Shown piece after piece: positions 9,618 through 16,749 of a DNA stretch of 64,000 nucleotides; within the stretch, counting starts at the first letter, position 1; each line of letters starts with the position of its first letter. The position numbers and the translations under genes were made by a program. This stretch comes from Eubacteriales bacterium (GTDB lineage Bacteria; Bacillota; Clostridia; Oscillospirales; SIG627). Location of the stretch: positions 8,203-72,202 of the forward strand of contig JAZOQB010000010.1 of assembly GCA_045655865.1 (NCBI GenBank), read 5' to 3'. The notes below the pieces were generated by a model. It searched no databases. It was not told where the DNA came from and saw only the letters and a list, made by a program, of their open reading frames with translations.

Positions 9618-9720
9618 CCCTTGAGAGAGGTTTGGGGAGGCCGAAAGCTTGAAACGGCTATGCGCAAAAAGAGGTAATTGAAGACAAAAAAAGATAAAAG
9701 GCTCGTTTTTTGCGCACATT

Positions 9721-9808
9721 TTGACTTTCCCGCCAAGGATTTTCTATAAAAAACCGATGGAAAACTTTTTGGAAACCACTTGATTTTGATTTTTTGCTAT
9801 GATATACT
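9721..9808 (+). promoter_or_regulatory. Two tandem sigma-A-like promoters ahead of the small surface-protein gene
   Basis: P1 is TTGACT 9721-9726 with TATAAA 9745-9750. P2 is TTGATT 9780-9785, 17 nt, TATACT 9803-9808. They leave a 5-prime UTR of about 110 nt. Confidence 0.5.
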
Positions 9809-9919
9809 AAGCACAGTGTTAATTGGCGTCTTTTGCCTATTTGCACATTTTAAGTGGTTCGCCCAAAGAGAAATCGGCGCGTTCCCGAAAAAACATATCG
9901 TTTTCAGGAGGTATTCCGC

Positions 9920-10468
9920 ATGAAAAAACTTATGACTCTCGTTCTCGCTGTGATGTTGGTCTTGGCTGTGCTTCCCTTCTGTGTTAGCGCAAGAACCCTC
10001 ACTGCCGAAGAAAAAGATTTGTTCGAGTCTCTCAAAGAGCAGATCGCTGTCAATGACGGCACTTTCGTTCTCCCGGCCGACGTAATTGCTCAGGCTGAGA
10101 ACTACATTGCTTCCCTCAGCACCGCTTTGACCCCCGCTCAGATCGCTGAGATCAAGGCCGAAGTGGAAGCCGCTAAGGCTGTTGTGAAGCAGACCGGAAC
10201 CGGCGTAGCTTCCAAGTGGAGCAAGCAAGTTAAGGACGCCATTCTCGAGCACGTGGATGCTGCTGCCGAAGCCATCAATTGCTCTGCTACCGTGAATGCC
10301 AAGGGCGGCATTGACGTGAAAGATGCTACCGGCGCTGTTATCGTTACCAACGATGAATTGATCAAGACCACCGGTTTCGGTGTAGAGACTGCCGTAATTG
10401 CAGGTGTCGCTGTTCTTTCCGTACTGCTGGCATGTGCTTTCGTTTCCAAGAAGGTTAAACTTTTCTAA
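9920..10468 (+). CDS. Small secreted Ala/Glu/Lys-rich protein with a C-terminal sortase-type sorting signal (non-LPXTG motif)
   Basis: Signal peptide MKKLMTLVLAVMLVLAVLPFCVSA. C-terminus is ELIKTTG, then FGVETAVIAGVAVLSVLLACAFV, then SKKVKLF (motif, hydrophobic span, basic tail). CAGGAGGT Shine-Dalgarno before the ATG at 9920. Confidence 0.65.
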   Translation: MKKLMTLVLAVMLVLAVLPFCVSARTLTAEEKDLFESLKEQIAVNDGTFVLPADVIAQAENYIASLSTALTPAQIAEIKAEVEAAKAVVKQTGTGVASKWSKQVKDAILEHVDAAAEAINCSATVNAKGGIDVKDATGAVIVTNDELIKTTGFGVETAVIAGVAVLSVLLACAFVSKKVKLF

Positions 10469-10483
10469 GATCCTTTAGAAAAA

Positions 10484-11173
10484 ATGAAGCGCTTATATCA
10501 AGCGATAAAAGGAGTGGCGTTAATCATATCGCCACTTCTTTTGTCTTTTACGATCATATTTTTTCTTTTTTTGGCTTTCGGAAAAAGCGTTTCCCCCTAC
10601 TTCAAAGCCATCGATCTTTTGTTGCAAGACAAAAATCAATCTGCCCCGACACAGGGATACGAAAACATTTTTCAAGGCTATGAAAAGAACGATGCCCCCG
10701 GAACCGTCGTTGACGGAGTCACGTTTATCGATGGAAACGACATTGTGTTTCCCAAACGCGGGGCTCTGTATGCCAAGCTTTCCCTTCCTTCCGTAGGAAT
10801 GGAGACCGACGTTTATTTTGACGATTCCGATGCCGCATTGAACCGTGGCGGTGTGGGGCAAAGCTACAGTTCCAAGATCCCCGGCTACGGAAAGCCCATT
10901 CTGATCAGCGGGCACAACAACGGAAAGTTCAACGCCCTCCAACACCTAAAGGTGGGGGATACGGTGGTCATCACCACCAACTACGGTATTTTTGAATATC
11001 GGGTTCGGGAATGCGTTGTGAAAGATCGATCGGATCCCACCGCCGCAAATCTTCAACAGGAGAAGGAGGAATTGATCCTTTATACCTGTTATCCTTTCTC
11101 TATGTTGGGTCTTACCCGTCAACGGTATTTTGTCTATGCCGATAAAATATCCGGGCCTGTGGTCCTTCATTGA
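10484..11173 (+). CDS. Sortase-family transpeptidase (class not assignable by eye)
   Basis: N-terminal TM segment, ILISGHNNG (catalytic His), ELILYTCYP (TLxTC-like catalytic Cys), RQRYFVYA (Arg). Confidence 0.8.
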   Translation: MKRLYQAIKGVALIISPLLLSFTIIFFLFLAFGKSVSPYFKAIDLLLQDKNQSAPTQGYENIFQGYEKNDAPGTVVDGVTFIDGNDIVFPKRGALYAKLSLPSVGMETDVYFDDSDAALNRGGVGQSYSSKIPGYGKPILISGHNNGKFNALQHLKVGDTVVITTNYGIFEYRVRECVVKDRSDPTAANLQQEKEELILYTCYPFSMLGLTRQRYFVYADKISGPVVLH

Positions 11174-11187
11174 AAGGAGGAAACGAA

Positions 11188-12093
11188 ATGAAAAAACAGT
11201 GGGATATGAAAAAAATCAGCCGTACCGTTATTTCTCTTTTTCTCCTTTTGATCTTCGCTTCCTCTTTGGTGCTGGTGATCCTTGCTCCTTTGGGGAAGAT
11301 CGCCGTGTCAGAGAAGAGCGTAATGAAAACGTTGGAAGCGGTCTGCTATCCTCAAAAAGTGCGGGAGGAAATTCGCGGCGCTTTTGAAAATCTGTGCGTC
11401 ACCAGCGGGATCCCCCAAGAGTTGACCGACTCCTTTCTGGAAGAGGTTGTGAGCGATGAGGCGCTGATCCAACCCATCCTGCAAATGTATACCGATGAAA
11501 CCCTTTCCCTGCCCACCCAAGCGTGGAAAGGGGAGTTTGTGGCGCGGGTGGAAGCTTACGCTGCAACTTTGCAAAAAAAAGAAGGAACGAAGATCACAGA
11601 CGAGGAATTGGAGGAGTTGAAAGCTTCTTTTCCCGAGACTGCAGATTATTTTATTTCGGAAATCAAATCTTCCATTCGTTTAAGCGGCCTGTTTTCGGTT
11701 TTGGGATCGGTCATCGGCATGATGGAGCGTTTCCTTCCGTACGTTATGACAGCGGGCCTGGTGTTCGCTCTGTTTTCCGCCAGCCTTCTCTTTTTAATCT
11801 GGAAAAAGAAGATTTTCTTTTTTTCTTATGCAAGTTTTGTTTCCGCCGGCATTCTTTTTCTGGTTCCCTCGCTCCTTTATCGCGCGGGAAATTACACGGA
11901 AAGGTTGAGCGTGGAACCGGTCTATTTAAAACAGTTGATCTGTACGATTTTGGACGGCTTTTTTCAAAACATGTTCATTGCCGGCATCGTGCTTTGCATC
12001 ATAGGAATCCTTTTTGGCTCGCGCCCCTTGTATTTGTTCGCAAAAAATTGGAAGGAAAAGGCGAAAAAAGAAAAACCCGAGGAGATATCTTAA
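11188..12093 (+). CDS. Multi-pass membrane protein of unknown function
   Basis: N-terminal TM segment, about 150 aa soluble helical region, 3-4 C-terminal TM segments and a Lys-rich tail. AGGAGG Shine-Dalgarno before the ATG at 11188. The 14-nt gap after the sortase stop holds only the AGGAGG Shine-Dalgarno. Confidence 0.6.
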   Translation: MKKQWDMKKISRTVISLFLLLIFASSLVLVILAPLGKIAVSEKSVMKTLEAVCYPQKVREEIRGAFENLCVTSGIPQELTDSFLEEVVSDEALIQPILQMYTDETLSLPTQAWKGEFVARVEAYAATLQKKEGTKITDEELEELKASFPETADYFISEIKSSIRLSGLFSVLGSVIGMMERFLPYVMTAGLVFALFSASLLFLIWKKKIFFFSYASFVSAGILFLVPSLLYRAGNYTERLSVEPVYLKQLICTILDGFFQNMFIAGIVLCIIGILFGSRPLYLFAKNWKEKAKKEKPEEIS

Positions 12094-12101
12094 GAAACCT
12101 T

Positions 12102-12137
12102 AAAAAAATACCACCGTACAACGGTGGTATTTTTTTG
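12102..12137. terminator. Bidirectional intrinsic terminator between convergent genes
   Basis: ATACCACCGT aca ACGGTGGTAT, flanked by an A-run and a T-run. Confidence 0.8.
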
Positions 12138-12169
12138 TTTTTTCAAATTTTTGGAGAAGGGCCCGGTTT

Positions 12170-13744
12170 TCAGAGTTCTTGAGGCTCAAGGGTGGCATCT
12201 CCTAAGATGGCGGCCAGCTCCTCCCGCACCTTTTCCGGTTCCGGGGAGGTGCAGCGCAAAAGAAGCCGATCCCCCTGTTCCAAGAGGGGGCTTGCCGGAT
12301 CTTTTCGGGTGACGGAGAGAATAAAGACGCCGTGTGGCCAGAAAATATCCCGTACTTCCTTTCCTACGGCAAAGGCGCCGGGGGCGACGGTAAGGGAAAA
12401 TTCCTCCTGAAGGGTGGTCTTATTCCGGAGAAGATCTTCTTCCCGGCGCTCCAGGATCAGATCGTTGGTGGATTTTGCTCCGAAGGCTTCCGATATGGAA
12501 AAGGCGAGGGTGGCCACCAGGACGACCGGCAAAAGATTGTCTCCCAGACCCAGGGCCTCCACGGAAAAGAGAATGGCGGTCAGGGGCATTTTCATGATCC
12601 CTGCGATGCCACCGCAGATCCCCAGTCCCAGAACCGCGGAAAACAGATCTTCGTTCATTCCAAAACGAAGAAAGATCTCGCCCAGAATTGCGGCAAGGGT
12701 GGCGCTGATGGCCAAAAGCGGTAAGAAGGTTCCGCCGGTGACGCCGCTCATATTGGCACAGAGTGTAAGAGAGGAGCGGATAAAAAGGATGAGAAGGAGC
12801 ATCCAAAGGGCGGGGCGGGATACAAAGAAAGAAAGGATCAACTCGTGCCCGGTGGAGATATAGGACAGAGAAAAGAGTCCAAAAAAGAGGGTGAGAGCGA
12901 GAATGGGGAAGAATCGGAACCGGGTCGGGATCCGATGTAACGTGCGATCGAAGACTTTGTCCAAACATTCATAAAAGCGGAGAAAAAGAACGGAAAAAAG
13001 GCCCAGGAGAAGCCCTACAAGAAGGGGGAGCCAAACGCTCTTCCAGGGAAGGGCGGAGATCTCGGTCAGGGCGAAAAGACCGGGCTGGATTCCCAAAACT
13101 GGGGAGAGCACGGAAGAGACGAGATTGGCGGTAAGAACCGATACCACGGAGGTGAGCACGATCAGGGGGGAGATGCGCTGATGCGCTTCTTCAATGGCAA
13201 ACAGGATCCCGGACATGGGCGCTCCCGTGGCCACGCTAAAGCCGGCGCAGGCTCCGCCGGTCATGGAAAAACGCTCCCACGCCCGCATCTTTTTGGGAGC
13301 CAGACGGACCATTCCGCCGCCCAGTGCGGTTCCCATTTGCACGGAAGGCCCTTCCGTTCCCAAGGGAACTCCCAACAAGAAGGAGAACAGGGAGAGGAAA
13401 AAGGCGCCTGCGGCGTTTTGCCACCAGTTCAAGGAAAAAAGTCCTCGGAGGGCTCCGATGGACACGGGGATCCCCCCACCCTTTAAGGAGGGGGCCTTTT
13501 TGTAAACGAAGGCGTAGAGAAGCCCCGAAAGGAAAAAGAGGCCAAGGACGGGGAGGACGAGGAAAAGATTTTCCCGTAACAAGGCGTAGCCGCTATGGGA
13601 TAAGAGAACTGTGTGCTTTGCACAGAACTTGTAAAGGCAAACCACCACCGAAACGCTGCCTCCGGACAGAGCGCCGAAAAGAATGGTGGGCGCAATGGAG
13701 GACAGAAAGTGCTCGGCGCGGATTCCGGTTCGTTTTTGGGACAT
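12170..13744 (-). CDS. ClC-family chloride channel/antiporter with C-terminal TrkA-C (RCK_C)-like domain
   Basis: GTEGPSVQMG and GVTGGTFLP ClC selectivity motifs, many TM segments and a soluble C-terminus. The ATG at 13744 (MSQKRTG) has a GGAG Shine-Dalgarno. The track start at 13792 is a GTG. Confidence 0.8.
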   Translation of the reverse strand: MSQKRTGIRAEHFLSSIAPTILFGALSGGSVSVVVCLYKFCAKHTVLLSHSGYALLRENLFLVLPVLGLFFLSGLLYAFVYKKAPSLKGGGIPVSIGALRGLFSLNWWQNAAGAFFLSLFSFLLGVPLGTEGPSVQMGTALGGGMVRLAPKKMRAWERFSMTGGACAGFSVATGAPMSGILFAIEEAHQRISPLIVLTSVVSVLTANLVSSVLSPVLGIQPGLFALTEISALPWKSVWLPLLVGLLLGLFSVLFLRFYECLDKVFDRTLHRIPTRFRFFPILALTLFFGLFSLSYISTGHELILSFFVSRPALWMLLLILFIRSSLTLCANMSGVTGGTFLPLLAISATLAAILGEIFLRFGMNEDLFSAVLGLGICGGIAGIMKMPLTAILFSVEALGLGDNLLPVVLVATLAFSISEAFGAKSTNDLILERREEDLLRNKTTLQEEFSLTVAPGAFAVGKEVRDIFWPHGVFILSVTRKDPASPLLEQGDRLLLRCTSPEPEKVREELAAILGDATLEPQEL

Positions 13745-13931
13745 ATCCGTTTCTCCGTTTTTTCTCTTTATTTTCTTCATTTTACCACACAAAAGAAAAA
13801 AAGCAAGGCACAGCCCTGCAAAAAAAATTCCTTACCGATTTGTTGCCGTCCGGAAAGAAAGAGCAAAGCCACAGGGCCAGCGGAAAGCGCAATTTGTAGC
13901 GAAGGGGGGAAGGATCGTTCATTTTTCAAAC

Positions 13932-13978
13932 AAAAAAGCACCCACGCCAAGAGATGCTTCCCTGTGGGGTGCTTTTTA
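13932..13978. terminator. Intrinsic terminator downstream of the FAD oxidoreductase gene
   Basis: AAAAAGCACCCAC ... GTGGGGTGCTTTTT hairpin with flanking A and T runs. Confidence 0.7.
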
Positions 13979-14003
13979 TATTTTTGTGAAAACAGGATCG
14001 GGG

Positions 14004-15287
14004 TTAAACGTGACCGCCGTCGATCTGCGCGGCATTCTTTCCGTGGATGATTACCGTCTTATCCTCAGGTACGTACTCGTCCGGGAAATGGATCATCACG
14101 TTCTGATCTTCAAGATTCTTTTGCAATGTGCCAATATCCACGCGCGAGACGGCGCGACCGGTTTTGATCGCCAGGGCCGCCGTTTCTCCTGCCGCCTGGC
14201 CCGTCAAGATTGCGGGAGGGATGACGCGCATCAGATCCCAAGCGTAGCCCGTGCCGTCGGCACTTCTGCCGGCGGTAATCATATTGGGAAAGTCGCTTCG
14301 GGTCAGGCATCGAAGTGGGATCTCAAAGAGATGATCTCTGTGTTCAAAATCATTGATGGCGCAAACGGAATCGTCAAAATGCCGATAAGCATCAGAAATC
14401 CGGAGAGAATAATCGCCTTTGATATGAGAGGTGGTTCGAAATTGCGGCATTCCGGGTGTGGATACGATCTCTCTGGACCACCGGTCTGTTTCCCGAAGTT
14501 TTTCCAGAATCAGAAGATGATTTTTGATAATGTACTGGCTGACCTCTTCTGCACAAAGACCCGACCAGCGCGGAACGTTTTGCGGTTGTCCGTCGCCGAA
14601 CAGGTTTACCGCGCCTCCCCAAAAATCCCGATACGCCAAGGAGATGTTTTGCTTTTCATAGGCCCGCTTACAGGAATCCAGGGTGATCATTTTCGTATAA
14701 AAGGTAAAGAAGTTTTCTCCCTTTACAAAAGGAATTCCGCCGCGGCGCAACACGTCGCAGTCGCCCGTGGTGTCTATCAGCATGCGGCAAGCGTAAAACT
14801 CGGTGCCGCCTTTGCTTTCCGTGACAATGCCGCGACAAAGGTTTCCCTCCATGATGGGATCGCACGACATACAGTCAAATAAGAGATCAACACCTGCCGC
14901 ACAAACCTCTTCGGTGAGCTGGTAAGCAAAAATAGCGGGGGAAAACCGTTGCACATATCTTTGCTCGGTATCATGAGAGGGCTCTTTGATCTTCCAATCT
15001 TCCGGAATGGTGTCAAAGCCAAGCTGGGCACTCATACGAAGCCATTTTTCGGCAAGTCCGAAAATGATCTGCTTTCCGCGCCCATTGCACATGGGAACGA
15101 ACAGATTGATCAGCCCAAGGGTGCTAAGACCGCCAAGGAGATTGCTTTTTTCAAGAAGCAGGGTTGAGCATCCCTTTTTCGCGGCACTGACGGCGGCCGC
15201 TACACCGGCCACGCCTCCACCGCACACGATCACATCGTATTCTTTTTTCACGGAAAGCTTTTTGGAATAAATAATTTCGCTTGCCAT
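14004..15287 (-). CDS. FAD-dependent oxidoreductase
   Basis: N-terminal dinucleotide-binding fold YDVIVCGGGVAGVAAAVSAAKKGCSTLLLEKSNLLGG. Substrate unknown. Confidence 0.7.
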   Translation of the reverse strand: MASEIIYSKKLSVKKEYDVIVCGGGVAGVAAAVSAAKKGCSTLLLEKSNLLGGLSTLGLINLFVPMCNGRGKQIIFGLAEKWLRMSAQLGFDTIPEDWKIKEPSHDTEQRYVQRFSPAIFAYQLTEEVCAAGVDLLFDCMSCDPIMEGNLCRGIVTESKGGTEFYACRMLIDTTGDCDVLRRGGIPFVKGENFFTFYTKMITLDSCKRAYEKQNISLAYRDFWGGAVNLFGDGQPQNVPRWSGLCAEEVSQYIIKNHLLILEKLRETDRWSREIVSTPGMPQFRTTSHIKGDYSLRISDAYRHFDDSVCAINDFEHRDHLFEIPLRCLTRSDFPNMITAGRSADGTGYAWDLMRVIPPAILTGQAAGETAALAIKTGRAVSRVDIGTLQKNLEDQNVMIHFPDEYVPEDKTVIIHGKNAAQIDGGHV

Positions 15288-15335
15288 ATCGCTCCCTTAC
15301 CTTTCTGCTGTAGTCTTTCGCGGGCAAAGCCCGGA

Positions 15336-16010
15336 TCAAAACTGATCCTGGCAAATTTCCGGAATCGGTGAAAAATCACGTTTTCTATAGGAAAGAAGCC
15401 GCTCGATCAGATCCGTTTGGCGGTATGCATAGTCAATACCGTCGCTATGACCTTTGTTTTCCAGAAGAGAAAGCTCTGCCGCACCGCCGTTACGGTTTGT
15501 AAAATCCACCATGATTTCAGATTGCGAAGGCGGAACCACAAAATCCTTCTCGCCGTGATAAGCAATCACGGGGGTCTTGACCAATCTGCCGGTACGCCAA
15601 ACAACACCGCCCCCTGCCACCGGAGCGATGGCAGCAAACATTTCCGGATAACACATCCCCATTTCCCAGGTTCCGTAACCGCCCATGCTGGAACCGGTTA
15701 AAACGATTCTGTCTTTTGGTATTTTATATTCCATCACCACAGAATCAATGAGACATTTTAGTTCTTTGACCATATTGTTCCAAATAAATTTGGCGGGGCA
15801 CTGGGGAAAAAGAACGATCGCGTTGATATGAATCCCCTCTTTTATAAGTTTTGGGATACCGTGGCGATAGATATGATCAAAATTTTTTCCTCTTTCTCCT
15901 GCGCCGTGAAGATAGATCAGCAAGGGCTTCTCTTTTAAGTCATCACCAAAAGATATCCCATAATTCATTTGATTGTCATCACACGACAGATGCGTTCTGA
16001 TGTTCATCAT
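15336..16010 (-). CDS. Alpha/beta-hydrolase esterase (carboxylesterase / prolyl-oligopeptidase-like)
   Basis: Nucleophile elbow LTGSSMGGYGTW, HGAGERG and HGEKDFVVP motifs. Confidence 0.7.
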   Translation of the reverse strand: MMNIRTHLSCDDNQMNYGISFGDDLKEKPLLIYLHGAGERGKNFDHIYRHGIPKLIKEGIHINAIVLFPQCPAKFIWNNMVKELKCLIDSVVMEYKIPKDRIVLTGSSMGGYGTWEMGMCYPEMFAAIAPVAGGGVVWRTGRLVKTPVIAYHGEKDFVVPPSQSEIMVDFTNRNGGAAELSLLENKGHSDGIDYAYRQTDLIERLLSYRKRDFSPIPEICQDQF

Positions 16011-16089
16011 AAAAAATCACCTCGTTATGGGTATGATGTCGGCGCCTGATCGACCCCGAAGGCACTCGCCGATTCCATTTGTCATGCTC

Positions 16090-16118
16090 ATTATAGCATG
16101 CTTTTGCACGAAGTGCAA
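16090..16118 (-). promoter_or_regulatory. Promoter of the esterase / FAD-oxidoreductase operon
   Basis: Reverse strand TTGCAC (16118-16113), 17 nt, TATAAT (16095-16090). Confidence 0.55.
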
Positions 16119-16137
16119 CATCCTTGAAAGTCAGCCC

Positions 16138-16258
16138 ACATCGTTTACACCGCAAGGTGTAACATCATTTTGTGTCCGCCAAGGCTAAACGATGTTAGCC
16201 TACGGCTAAATGATGTTGACCGCAAGCGGTCAGACGATGTTGTGTCCTTGCGGACACA
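16138..16258. repeat. Array of five copies of a 9-10 nt motif (AAYGATGTT), each followed by a short GC-rich hairpin
   Basis: Motif copies are at 16138-16146 (inverted), 16161-16170 (inverted), 16187-16196, 16208-16217 and 16232-16241, spaced 21-26 nt. Hairpins are ACACC-GCAA-GGTGT, GGCTAA-ACGATG-TTAGCC, GACCG-CAAG-CGGTC and GTGTCC-TTGC-GGACAC. Confidence 0.6.
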
Positions 16259-16263
16259 AACAC

Positions 16264-16300
16264 AAAAAGAAAGATACGATTTTCATCGTGTCTTTCTTTT
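16264..16300 (-). terminator. Intrinsic terminator immediately 3-prime of tRNA-Cys (also a hairpin plus T-run on the plus strand)
   Basis: 17-bp stem AAAAAGAAAGATACGAT / ATCGTGTCTTTCTTTTT with loop TTTC. Confidence 0.8.
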
Positions 16301-16374
16301 TGGAGGCGCCACCCGGAATCGGACCGGGGATAAAGGTTTTGCAGACCTCTGCCTTACCGCTTGGCTATGGCGCC
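16301..16374 (-). tRNA. tRNA-Cys (anticodon GCA), CCA encoded
   Basis: My fold of the reverse strand GGCGCCATAGCCAAGCGGTAAGGCAGAGGTCTGCAAAACCTTTATCCCCGGTCCGATTCCGGGTGGCGCCTCCA gives a 7-bp acceptor stem, anticodon loop CTGCAAA, discriminator U and a 5-bp T stem. The T-loop reads TCCGATT, so position 55 is C. Confidence 0.9.
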
Positions 16375-16396
16375 GTATTCTTTTTCGCGGACCTTC

Positions 16397-16425
16397 ATTA
16401 TAGCAAAGGGGATTTCATTTGTCAA
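16397..16425 (-). promoter_or_regulatory. Consensus promoter of tRNA-Cys
   Basis: Reverse strand TTGACA (16425-16420), 17 nt, TATAAT (16402-16397). Confidence 0.7.
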
Positions 16426-16453
16426 GGTGAATTTGAGAAAAAACATCTTTTTT

Positions 16454-16482
16454 CTTGACTTTTCTTTTTGGGTATGCTACAT
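16454..16482 (+). promoter_or_regulatory. ileS promoter
   Basis: TTGACT 16454-16459, 17 nt, TACATT 16477-16482. Confidence 0.55.
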
Positions 16483-16488
16483 TACTAA

Positions 16489-16724
16489 GGAAAAGGCGAT
16501 GAAGGAAAGAGTACCCCTGTGAGACGCGCAAAGCGAGCGGAGGACGGTGTGAGCTCCGTGGTAGCGGCAGGCGGGAAGATCACTCCCGAGCAGCGAACCG
16601 ATTTCTTTTTTTGAATGAGGCTTCGACGGAGTCCCCGTTATCGGACGGGCGCATGACGGTGCGTTTTGGAGCAACAGGTGGTAAGCGAAGTGGAATCTTC
16701 GTCCTTTGCGGACGAAGTTTTTTT
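16489..16724 (+). promoter_or_regulatory. T-box leader (Ile specifier) of ileS
   Basis: Candidate specifier GAAGATCAC with ATC at 16579-16581 followed by A. T-box-like AACAGGTGGTAAGCG at 16672-16686. Terminator CTTCGTCC tttgc GGACGAAG plus T7 at 16697-16724. Confidence 0.8.
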
Positions 16725-16749
16725 ATTTTTTTCGGAAAAAGGAGGAGCC

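Noticed and set aside
14004-16010. FAD oxidoreductase plus esterase as a horizontally acquired islet next to a tRNA.
   Set aside because: The only support is an impression of slightly lower GC. There are no mobility genes or flanking repeats, and I cannot compute composition statistics reliably by eye.
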